NCBI GenBank assembly: GCA_965198235.1
Contig: OZ240248.1
Location: 1,824,001 to 1,888,000 of the forward strand
DNA: 64,000 nucleotides
From: Candidatus Poribacteria bacterium
Lineage (GTDB): Bacteria; Poribacteria; WGA-4E; WGA-3G
Direction: 5' to 3'
Part shown: in pieces, positions 48,829-57,169 of the stretch
Layout of the letters: the number at the start of each line of letters is the position of its first letter
Numbering within the stretch: the first letter of the stretch is position 1
Translations under genes and position numbers: made by a program
The notes under the pieces: model-generated
Seen by the model: the letters and a program-made list of their open reading frames with translations, nothing else
Told to the model about the DNA's origin: nothing
Databases searched by the model: none

Positions 48829-50187
48829 TCAGTCTTGCCATCGATTCTGGAATTCTGTCACCATTGCTTCAGGGGCACCGTGCTGCGCTAAGAAGTCCAA
48901 AAACGCTTGGTAGAGCCGACGCGCCTCTGACGTATCTGACTCAAACCGATTCTGTATCTGATCCGGATCAGAGGGTAAATGGAATAATTGCTTCGGTGCG
49001 CCTTGGTTCTCTAAAAGCAGGGACCAGGTGCCATCAGTGATGTTTCCATGCGGGCTTCCACCGTCAGGACTCCAGCCGCCGACCCATGCCCCGTGCGTAA
49101 CGGCATACTCGCGCCCTGTGTCGGTATCTCCCATGATAACCGGGAGAATACTGTTTCCTTCCACCTGTCCACCGCGCTCTGCACCAAATACATCAATAAC
49201 AGTAGGTGGAATATCGATAATACTGGCGAGTGCATCTGTGTGACGTGGTGTCGCCTCTGGGTGATAAACCAGTAGTGGGATATGGACAATTTCTTCATAC
49301 ATGCTAAAATTCTTCGCAAGCAGTCCGTGTTCACCCAATAGGAAGCCGTGGTCTGCCATGAAAATCACCATCGTGTTTTCCATTAGACCCATATAGTCGA
49401 TTTTCCGTAAGAATTGTCCGATCCAATTGTCAACCAGTGATGCTTCTGCGCGGTAGAGGGCGTTGAGGCGTTCCGTCTCGCGTGCGTTCATCGGATTGGG
49501 ACCGTAAGGTGGATAGATCGGTTCCGGTCCGTCGTAATCGCTTGAATCGAAACGTTTTAGATACCATTCAGGGGCATCCCACGGTTCGTGTGGGTCGAAG
49601 GTGTCCACCATTAAATAGAAGTTTTCGTGTTGATGATTTCGCTCCAACCAGTCGCAAGCCGTCTGCACAGTCTGGGCAACGAAAGTATCTGCCTCTGTCT
49701 GCCGAAACGCAATGTTTCTCAGGTGGTTGCCGAGCCCAGGGGGCAACTTGTTCGGATGTGTTCGTGTATACTCGCGATGCCGCAATACGTCCTGCGATTC
49801 ATAATCATAGGGATGCGTCTCCAAGCAATCGCCTTCCTGTCCTCGGATCCATTTCCATCCGGTGAACCCGCGATTGTAAAAGAAACCGTTGTTGATGTGG
49901 TGTGGCGTGTCGGCAATCATCATACTAACGATGCCAGCGTTCGTTAAATCAGTCGCGATGACAGGTACATCTCGCTTCAAGGGTTCCCATCCCCGCCGAC
50001 AGATGCCGACCTGACCTGTCACCAAATCCCCTCGGATTGGGACAGTCGGATAACTGCACACATACGCTTTGTCAAAAACGACACATTTTTCCGCGAAGGC
50101 ATTCAAGGATGGTGTGTACCCTTTTCCGCCATAGATAGCGAGGTTATCGCGTCGAAATGTGTCTGAAATAATATGGATAATGTTCAT
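48829..50187 (-). CDS. Sulfatase-fold / alkaline phosphatase superfamily hydrolase
   Basis: NIIHIISDT.R.D, TVPIR at the C/SxPxR position, DPHEPWD, ADHG, YEE..HIPL. Confidence 0.85.
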   Translation of the reverse strand: MNIIHIISDTFRRDNLAIYGGKGYTPSLNAFAEKCVVFDKAYVCSYPTVPIRGDLVTGQVGICRRGWEPLKRDVPVIATDLTNAGIVSMMIADTPHHINNGFFYNRGFTGWKWIRGQEGDCLETHPYDYESQDVLRHREYTRTHPNKLPPGLGNHLRNIAFRQTEADTFVAQTVQTACDWLERNHQHENFYLMVDTFDPHEPWDAPEWYLKRFDSSDYDGPEPIYPPYGPNPMNARETERLNALYRAEASLVDNWIGQFLRKIDYMGLMENTMVIFMADHGFLLGEHGLLAKNFSMYEEIVHIPLLVYHPEATPRHTDALASIIDIPPTVIDVFGAERGGQVEGNSILPVIMGDTDTGREYAVTHGAWVGGWSPDGGSPHGNITDGTWSLLLENQGAPKQLFHLPSDPDQIQNRFESDTSEARRLYQAFLDFLAQHGAPEAMVTEFQNRWQD

Positions 50188-50273
50188 GTCAATTAATTTC
50201 TCCATTGGTAAGACGATATGAGGGAACTGAGGCAACGGACCTGCTCAGCGATATAATTCATGTTTATTTTCTC

Positions 50274-50367
50274 AGGACTTACGGAGTTAGAGCGGACAGC
50301 GCGATTATTTTTAACCCCCTAAATCCCCCTTATCAGGGGGACGGACGAAACCAACTGCGTAAGTCCT
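50274..50367. mobile_element. MITE with AGGACTTACG TIRs
   Basis: AGGACTTACGGAGTT ... AACTGCGTAAGTCCT; internal CCCCCTAAATCCCCCTTATCAGGGGG also seen reversed at 14974. Confidence 0.7.
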
Positions 50368-50372
50368 ATTTA

Positions 50373-51767
50373 TTATACACCGTCTTCAGTTTCGGATGTA
50401 GGCTTTTCACGATTAGCCATTTGCACGACAGCTGGCAGTAATCCGTAGATACCCCAAAAAGGGATCCCAATGGCATCACCATTCAGCAGATTGTTCACTG
50501 TGAAATGCACCATCAATGAAATTTCTGCTGCCATCAATCCAATGACGATAGCACGGTAAAAACCATCCTCTAACGTTTTGAGTGCGAGAAAACCGTAGCG
50601 TAGAAATGCAAGGTTCAGCCATATCCATATACCTAATCCAACAATTCCCAATTCCGCCATAACTTGGAGGTATTCGCTGTGTGCACCGAGTTGGTACTGT
50701 GCCGTATAACTGCCAACGAGTGCTACATCTTCCTCGTACAACATCGCAAACGCACCATAACCCTTACCCAAGATAGGACTTTCAGAGAACATCGCGACCG
50801 CTTGTCCCCAGCGTAGAAGGCGCGCTCGGTTTGAAGCGTAACTGAGGTCCACCGCGGATGTAATACGTTCAACGAGAATGTTGTAGATACCGGGCAAATT
50901 CAGACAGATCAGTAAGATAAGGCATGTGGCACCGATAAACAGAATCTTTTTATGCGTAACGCCTTTCCCCAGTTGCAGCAGCATGAAACTGATCGCAACG
51001 ATGACCGATAGCCAGACCCCACGCGAAAAGCACATTAGGAGACCCACACCGAAGCAAATGAACCATGCTGTCCAGAGCACGCGGTCATACCCACTATTGT
51101 CAAAGAGGAGACGACTCAGGCAGATAAGGAAAAAGAGCGCAGTAAATGCCCCGTAAACGGAATAATTCGTGAACGGCGCGCTCCGATACGCACTCGTCCA
51201 CTGCCATGCATCTATGTGATAAATGAGAACAATAACTGTCCAAATGACAGCAACCGCAGCGGATGGAAAACTGGCAATAAAAAGCCGTTTCAGTGCAGTC
51301 CTGTTTTGGATAACAGCGTGCACTACCACGCTAAAGAGCATGTAAACTGTCGCCCGGAGTGCTCCTTTAAGTGTGCCAAAAAGATCTGGTGTATTGATTG
51401 CAGAAAGGAATGTAGCAAAAATATAAAAGCAGAGTGGGGTGAAAAAAGGGAAGGTGTTTTCCTGTTTATTCTTCCGGAGTGCCCGATCAAGTATTTTTTG
51501 TCCACAGTAAACCGCAACGAGCATGCCTAATAATGGCTCTGTCGGTGTTTGAATCTCAAAGCGACCTGGGAGAATGTAGCGAAATGAAAACGGCAGAGCG
51601 ATTAACAGTAGATAGACCGCAAGTTCCATGCCGAAAAGGACGAAAGCACCGGTGGCAGCCAGTAAGCTGAGAAGCGGGAGGGGCGTATCCGAGTAACCAC
51701 CGATAATACAGCCGAATACGAGACAGACAACAAATGGGAGAATACGCTTACTATGCTTTAAGGACAT
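50373..51767 (-). CDS. O-antigen ligase family membrane protein
   Basis: SRGVW, R..RW..A..MF...PILGKGYG, AHSEYL...AELGIVG. Confidence 0.85.
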   Translation of the reverse strand: MSLKHSKRILPFVVCLVFGCIIGGYSDTPLPLLSLLAATGAFVLFGMELAVYLLLIALPFSFRYILPGRFEIQTPTEPLLGMLVAVYCGQKILDRALRKNKQENTFPFFTPLCFYIFATFLSAINTPDLFGTLKGALRATVYMLFSVVVHAVIQNRTALKRLFIASFPSAAVAVIWTVIVLIYHIDAWQWTSAYRSAPFTNYSVYGAFTALFFLICLSRLLFDNSGYDRVLWTAWFICFGVGLLMCFSRGVWLSVIVAISFMLLQLGKGVTHKKILFIGATCLILLICLNLPGIYNILVERITSAVDLSYASNRARLLRWGQAVAMFSESPILGKGYGAFAMLYEEDVALVGSYTAQYQLGAHSEYLQVMAELGIVGLGIWIWLNLAFLRYGFLALKTLEDGFYRAIVIGLMAAEISLMVHFTVNNLLNGDAIGIPFWGIYGLLPAVVQMANREKPTSETEDGV

Positions 51768-51816
51768 CCGTGAAGGGTTAACAGTTTTCAGGGAAAAAAG
51801 GTTTCTTAACTAACCA

Positions 51817-52500
51817 CTAAAATCGCATTTTGACACCTAACCCGATTGCAGTGCCATCTAAAATCAGATCGAGTGGTACAGTGCCTGTTGTTTCTACTGT
51901 TTTAAGTATCCGTTTCACCTCAAAGTTGAGTGAAAAATTATGATCCCACTGCAGCAGTTCTGCCCCGATGAGGACATACCCGGTTGGACCTGAGGTGCTA
52001 TTATCAAAGCTGATACCCTGTTGTTCAATGAGATCGATTGCGCTACCACTAAAGCTTGTTCCCAAATAACCGATACCACCCCCCAAGTAAATTGGAAGGT
52101 ATTCGGCGAGAAGCACCGGGCGATAAATAAACTGATACGAAATCGGGATGAGGGTGGTAGAGAGGTTCGCTGAGGTAGGCGGTGGAATGTCAAGTTCCAT
52201 TTGCCAATAGCCGAACTCCAAACGTGAATCTAACTCGGGGCTATGTTCAAATACAACCGAAAACGTTGGTAACAACGCGCCCGGAATCTGTGATACTCCG
52301 ACGCTCTGGAGAATATCAGCCAGGCTACCCAACTCCGGCTTGTATGAGAATAGGGACAACTGAAACGACGGGAACTGCAGGTGTTCTGCTAAAAATTCTC
52401 GGATGGGGGACGGTCGCAGGGATTGCACACCGGTGGTATCTGCAAGTGTTAGGCAGGGAATCAACAACAGAAGCAAGCAACAGGCAAATACCAAACGCAT
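51817..52500 (-). CDS. Putative outer-membrane beta-barrel protein
   Basis: Signal peptide, YLGGGIGY, C-terminal LGVKMRF. Confidence 0.65.
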   Translation of the reverse strand: MRLVFACCLLLLLIPCLTLADTTGVQSLRPSPIREFLAEHLQFPSFQLSLFSYKPELGSLADILQSVGVSQIPGALLPTFSVVFEHSPELDSRLEFGYWQMELDIPPPTSANLSTTLIPISYQFIYRPVLLAEYLPIYLGGGIGYLGTSFSGSAIDLIEQQGISFDNSTSGPTGYVLIGAELLQWDHNFSLNFEVKRILKTVETTGTVPLDLILDGTAIGLGVKMRF

Positions 52501-52657
52501 AAGTGGTAAAGTCCTTATCCAATGCGCATATAGGGCAGTAACATGACAACAGTAGGCGGGTACGAAAACCCGCCTATATGTTGATACAAAAGTACTTGGG
52601 CTGCATTCATTAGGTCAGAGGAACTCAAACGGCTTCCACCCAATGAATAGTTTGGAA

Positions 52658-53542
52658 TTAATGTGGGTGGCTATGGCCATGTGCAGGAACCAAAATAACT
52701 TCGACCCGACGATTCATAGCTCTGCCTGCGGCAGTGGTCTGTGGGGCAACAGGATCGGTGTGTGCTTTACCAACAGCCTCAATTCTGCCGGCATCAATTC
52801 CTTTTGATTGCAGGTACTTCGAGGCAGAGTTCGCGCGTGCCTGTGAGAGGTCCCAATTGCTTCTATAACTTCCGCGCAGTACTGGCATGCCATCAGCGTG
52901 TCCAACAACTTTGATCTTTGCATCTGAAGCTTCCATGAGTTGTTCAACGGTACCATCAAGCATCTGCTTTGCGTCGCTGGATAAACCGGTTTTACCACTG
53001 CTGAAATTGACGGTAACCAGCAGGGTCGGTGCTGCGGCAACTTCTTCTGCCACCATGGCTAACCCTTCTTCTATGGCCATGACTTTAGACTCAAGCTGCT
53101 TTATCGCTGCGTCTTGGGTTTTCTCGGCATCTTCATGAGCCATGAGTTGTTTTTGCAGTTTGGCATCTTCGCCTTTGGTAAAGTCCATTGCTTTTTGCCC
53201 TTGCATATCAATAGACTTCGTTAGGTCGGCGCGGAGTTGCGCAGCCTGCTCTTTGGCATTTTGTGTGGCAGCAGCAATGGTATCGGCATCCCCTTGCTGG
53301 GACGCGGCAATCGCCTCATCCTTCGCTCTGGAGATCCCTTCCGTTAAATCTTTGCCCTGCTGATCGACCTTGCTATCCAGCATTGTAATCTTGTTTGACA
53401 TGTCTGCTTCAGCTTGCTCCATCTTTGAGACATGTTCATTCTTCCACATTTCAAACTCTTCCTGATCCAACTTGCCGCAACTACTCACAACAAGTGCAAT
53501 ACCCAGAAGAGCGATAATTGTGAAAGCGGTTCTACTTATCAT
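52658..53542 (-). CDS. Lipoprotein with coiled coil and OmpA/MotB-like peptidoglycan-binding domain
   Basis: Lipobox VSSC, VGHAD, NWDLSQARA, NRRVE. Confidence 0.88.
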   Translation of the reverse strand: MISRTAFTIIALLGIALVVSSCGKLDQEEFEMWKNEHVSKMEQAEADMSNKITMLDSKVDQQGKDLTEGISRAKDEAIAASQQGDADTIAAATQNAKEQAAQLRADLTKSIDMQGQKAMDFTKGEDAKLQKQLMAHEDAEKTQDAAIKQLESKVMAIEEGLAMVAEEVAAAPTLLVTVNFSSGKTGLSSDAKQMLDGTVEQLMEASDAKIKVVGHADGMPVLRGSYRSNWDLSQARANSASKYLQSKGIDAGRIEAVGKAHTDPVAPQTTAAGRAMNRRVEVILVPAHGHSHPH

Positions 53543-53950
53543 GGATTCCTGCTCCTTTTACTACAGATAATGGCAGATAACTGATTATGTCTGTAGAGGT
53601 AGTTCCTGTTTCAACGTCCAGTGCCTCCGCCAGCATCGTAGTGCTGATTGTATGAGGTTTTACACGGACTCCGCAGGCGTTTTACATCTCGACCAAGCCG
53701 ACCGCGATGGTTATTGGGACGGACGAGGCGAGTGGCAGAGGGTATCTACCGATATAAATTTACGCCGCGTCCAAATATTTATCCGAATGTTTTAAATGGT
53801 TTCACACTAACACCGTCCACCGTCTCACGGGTGGGGACAGCACCTACACAAGCGTGCGGGGTGAGACTGCTGTCCAAGTGCTGATACAAAACGAACTTGC
53901 AATATGGGAGACCTGCAAGCAGTTTATTCTCACAGGTGCTTTTGATATAA

Positions 53951-53980
53951 ATTATACAACTTTTTCCTAAAAAAAGTCAA
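53951..53980 (-). promoter_or_regulatory. Sigma70-type promoter facing the ompA-like gene
   Basis: Minus-strand TTGACT-18bp-TATAAT. Confidence 0.55.
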
Positions 53981-54151
53981 GAGTTTTTTTCACAAATGCT
54001 AAAGCAACTGAAATAAGGTTTTAAAACATTCTTGATTTTTGATACGAGATACGTTAAAATTCAGTACCTACATGTGTTGGAAACCTACGTCAATAGGTAT
54101 ACTCAGTAAACTGGGTCTATCTACTATAGGCTGAGGAAGGGTGCTGATAGA

Positions 54152-55516
54152 ATGGGACAGATAAGTATTATCTTAATTGCTGGACTACTCTTTCTTTTTT
54201 CCTTTGAGCCCCCGCAAGCAAGCATGAACATCAGTGATGTGCAGATAGTCTTCTGGACAATTGTCTTGACAGGGTTCCCTATTCTTATCACATGTTTCGT
54301 GACGTCCTATGTGGCGAGAGCCTTTCCCGCGCACGAAGAGGAGAACCTGCCAACACTCTATCGCCTGCGCCGCTTCATGATTGTTTTTGAGTGCCTCAGT
54401 TTAGCGGCGTACCTCTGCAATCTGTATCTGTTGAATCTGCCGATGCTGATTGACAAACACTTCGCATTCTTTCCGATGGCAAATTTACGCCAGACCCTCG
54501 CGTTGCTTCCCCTACTGATCGGACTCATCTGTATCCGACTTGCGTTTTATCGGGTGAATAGGCTTCAACAAGGGCACTACAGAGAGATTCTGAGTCTGCA
54601 ATTCAAGTTTTTGCTTTTCCCGTTGTTGCCGATGTTCTTTTACTTGGTGATAATGGACGCTATTCACTGGCTCCCATATTCGGCAAAAGTATTCATCATG
54701 GAGCATCCATACATTCTCATTGGGCTGATTCTACCGATAATTGTTTCCGTGTATATCTTTGCCCCATTATTGATGCAGTTTCTATGGAAAACAGAACGAC
54801 TCGCGACGGATTCGGTGCTGAAGGAGAAATTAGACCGTTTGACGAAGCAGAGCGGTATAAAATACCGGGAGATTATGGTGTGGAAAACCGGTTCGCTGTT
54901 AATAGCCAACGCAGCTGTCGCGGGGACCTTTCCGTGGAATCGCCGCATTTTTCTCACAGACGCGCTTCTCGAATACTTCACGGATGAAGAAATTGAAACT
55001 GTCGTTGCTCATGAACTTGGACATATCCGCTATAGGCACATTCCGACATATATGCTTTTTTCACTCTTCTATCTCTTGAATTATCCCTTTTTCTATATCC
55101 TTGTTGAAGAACCGCTGGTAGCATACCTTGGAGAATCACAACCTCTTTTGTCAGTGGTATCGACATTATGTTCGCTGACCTTTCTAATCATTTATTTCAT
55201 ATTTATTTTCCGGTATTTATCAAGGCGTTGTGAACATCAAGCCGACCTATATGCGGTTAGACTTACAGAGAAACCGGAAGCATTCAAAGGAGCCTTGGCG
55301 AAACTCGCAGTCTTGAATTCAGTACCGAGGTCGATTCAGCGTTTCTTTGAAATGTTCAACACACACCCGTCCATCCATCGACGAATTGAATTCATCAACC
55401 AGTGGATGGAGCAAAATTCCGCAGTTCAACGTTACAAAAATTATCTGACCGAAGTCAAAGTTTTAATCGCCTTACTACCGATATTTGGCATTCTCGTTGT
55501 GCTGCTGCTCCGTTAG
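54152..55516 (+). CDS. M48 family (Ste24/HtpX-like) membrane metalloprotease
   Basis: ANAA, AHELGH, E.QAD, THPS...RI. Confidence 0.9.
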   Translation: MGQISIILIAGLLFLFSFEPPQASMNISDVQIVFWTIVLTGFPILITCFVTSYVARAFPAHEEENLPTLYRLRRFMIVFECLSLAAYLCNLYLLNLPMLIDKHFAFFPMANLRQTLALLPLLIGLICIRLAFYRVNRLQQGHYREILSLQFKFLLFPLLPMFFYLVIMDAIHWLPYSAKVFIMEHPYILIGLILPIIVSVYIFAPLLMQFLWKTERLATDSVLKEKLDRLTKQSGIKYREIMVWKTGSLLIANAAVAGTFPWNRRIFLTDALLEYFTDEEIETVVAHELGHIRYRHIPTYMLFSLFYLLNYPFFYILVEEPLVAYLGESQPLLSVVSTLCSLTFLIIYFIFIFRYLSRRCEHQADLYAVRLTEKPEAFKGALAKLAVLNSVPRSIQRFFEMFNTHPSIHRRIEFINQWMEQNSAVQRYKNYLTEVKVLIALLPIFGILVVLLLR

Positions 55517-55540
55517 GATGGGCAACAGATGCCTCAAGTG

Positions 55541-55693
55541 GCTATCGGCAGTCGGCTATCGGTTGTCAGTCACAAGAGGTGTTAGGACTATCAAGGGAAA
55601 TCCGCAGAAATCCGCAGGGAAATCCGCAAAAACACCCTCTTTTAGGCGCAAGCCTCTATGGGCTTGCGGGACAATGCTGACCGCCGATGGCTA
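55541..55693. repeat. Heptamer-ended MITE-like element with internal (GAAATCCGCA)x3
   Basis: GCTATCGGCAGTCGGCTATCGG... / ...CTGACCGCCGATGGCTA. Confidence 0.6.
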
Positions 55694-55996
55694 TTCTTCG
55701 GAACGCTGGGGTTCCGTCTCCTCTTCAATCGCAAATTGTAACCTCTCTGCTATTCGGTACAAGGGCAATTCATACTTTTCCTGAAGACGACGTTTTTCAT
55801 CAGCGATGTGGAAAGCGACCAGCAACGGAACCCTTTGTTCGTCAAAGCCTTTTCTGAGATAGGATTCGACTAAACTTTTGACGTATTCAACCAGTTCGTT
55901 GATGGCTTCTGGCGTTAACTCTTCTGTCGGTTTTATGGTATAAGGTGTGCCGAGTATAACGAAGCGAATCGGCATAAAATCCTGTTCTTGTTGCAT
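55691..55996 (-). CDS. zapA: Cell division protein ZapA-like
   Basis: I.F.ILG..Y.I, L..YV, LLVAFHIADE then coiled coil. Confidence 0.6.
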   Translation of the reverse strand: MQQEQDFMPIRFVILGTPYTIKPTEELTPEAINELVEYVKSLVESYLRKGFDEQRVPLLVAFHIADEKRRLQEKYELPLYRIAERLQFAIEEETEPQRSEE

Positions 55997-56157
55997 TATG
56001 TCGTTATTGACCCCTTTCGTATGTCTTGGTGAACCATATAGGATTGTGAGATGACTACTCTATAACGCTTATGAGTGTCTACACACCTGCCGCTCCGCTG
56101 GGGCTTGGGGTTCACGCATACTCTTAAGAATCGCACAGATCCCCAGTCGTGTTGAAA

Positions 56158-56217
56158 TTAATCAGAAACCATCGTGAAACGAAGTGGAACGATGCCCAGG
56201 TGCCCATAGTTAGAAAA
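56158..56217 (+). repeat. Family B repeat overlapping the aroE stop codon
   Basis: TTAATCAGAAAC-CATCGT-GAAACGAAGTGGA-ACGATG-CCCAGGTGCCCATAGTTAGAAAA. Confidence 0.85.
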
Positions 56218-57097
56218 GTGCTTGACGCATTGTCTCAGTACACGGTGTAACACCCGTCCATTTCTCAAAAGCGATAGCCCCCTGATGGACTAACATCCCG
56301 ATGCCGCCAAGGGTTTGACATCCGCGCTCGGTAGCGGCTTGCATCAAAGGTGTTACCGGGGGAGTATACACAATGTCATAAACAATAGTATTCGGTTGAA
56401 GCCAGGCGGCAGCAATGAGCAAGGGTTGTGTTACATCCATGCTCGTCGTCGCGGTGTTGACAAGGAGTTTGCTCTCGCGAACAGCCAGAGGCAATCGTTC
56501 ATCCGTGAGCCCCATTCCTTGCATGGAAATACCTGTCTTCCGGTCCATCTCTTTTGCTAAAGAGACGGCTTTTTCCACTGTACGATTGGCGATTGTAATC
56601 GATGTTACGCCTCTCAGTGCTAACGCAACGACGACAGCCCTCGCAGCTCCGCCTGCTCCTAAAACGACGACATTCTCGCCTACCGGCACAGACATGTTTC
56701 CGTTCTCTTCTAAGGCTTTTAAGACACCAGGGGCATCTGTATTATCGCCATATATGTTCCCTTCAACAAACGTCAGCGTGTTTACAGCACCAATGAGTTC
56801 CGCTTCCCGAGAGATTGATGTCAGATACGGGATGACTGCCTGTTTGTGTGGAAGCGTCACATTAATACCGACGACATTAATCGCTTTAAACCCAGCAATC
56901 GCATCTGCCAAATCATCGGGACGGACATGAAACGGGACATATACATAATCCAGACCTGCTTTGGCAAAAGCAGCATTGTGCATTTGTGGTGAACGGCTGT
57001 GTTCAACGGGGTCACCAATAACGCCGACAATGCGGGTGTGTCCGGTCAGTTTTTTTAATTTTCCTTGCGGTTCGATGAGGTGAGTCTGGAGTTTCAT
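56210..57097 (-). CDS. aroE: Shikimate dehydrogenase
   Basis: GDPVEHSRSP.MHN, NVTLPHK, GAVNT, NTD, GAGGAA, NRT, GML..Q. Confidence 0.95.
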   Translation of the reverse strand: MKLQTHLIEPQGKLKKLTGHTRIVGVIGDPVEHSRSPQMHNAAFAKAGLDYVYVPFHVRPDDLADAIAGFKAINVVGINVTLPHKQAVIPYLTSISREAELIGAVNTLTFVEGNIYGDNTDAPGVLKALEENGNMSVPVGENVVVLGAGGAARAVVVALALRGVTSITIANRTVEKAVSLAKEMDRKTGISMQGMGLTDERLPLAVRESKLLVNTATTSMDVTQPLLIAAAWLQPNTIVYDIVYTPPVTPLMQAATERGCQTLGGIGMLVHQGAIAFEKWTGVTPCTETMRQALF

Positions 57098-57139
57098 GTC
57101 CCTTTCCGTAGAATCGCCTTCCACTTCGTTTCAGGCTAC
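57050..57139 (-). repeat. Family A repeat containing the likely aroE SD and ATG
   Basis: GTAGCCT-GAAACGAAGTGGA-AGGC..TCTACGGAAAGGGACATG..CGAACCGCAAGGAAAATTAAAAAA. Confidence 0.8.
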
Positions 57140-57169
57140 GTGCTCGTTTTCCATACGCGAAGGAAGCGG

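Noticed and set aside
55520-55690. 6S RNA expected downstream of zapA
   Set aside because: The region consists of heptamer and decamer repeats; no 6S-like features recognised
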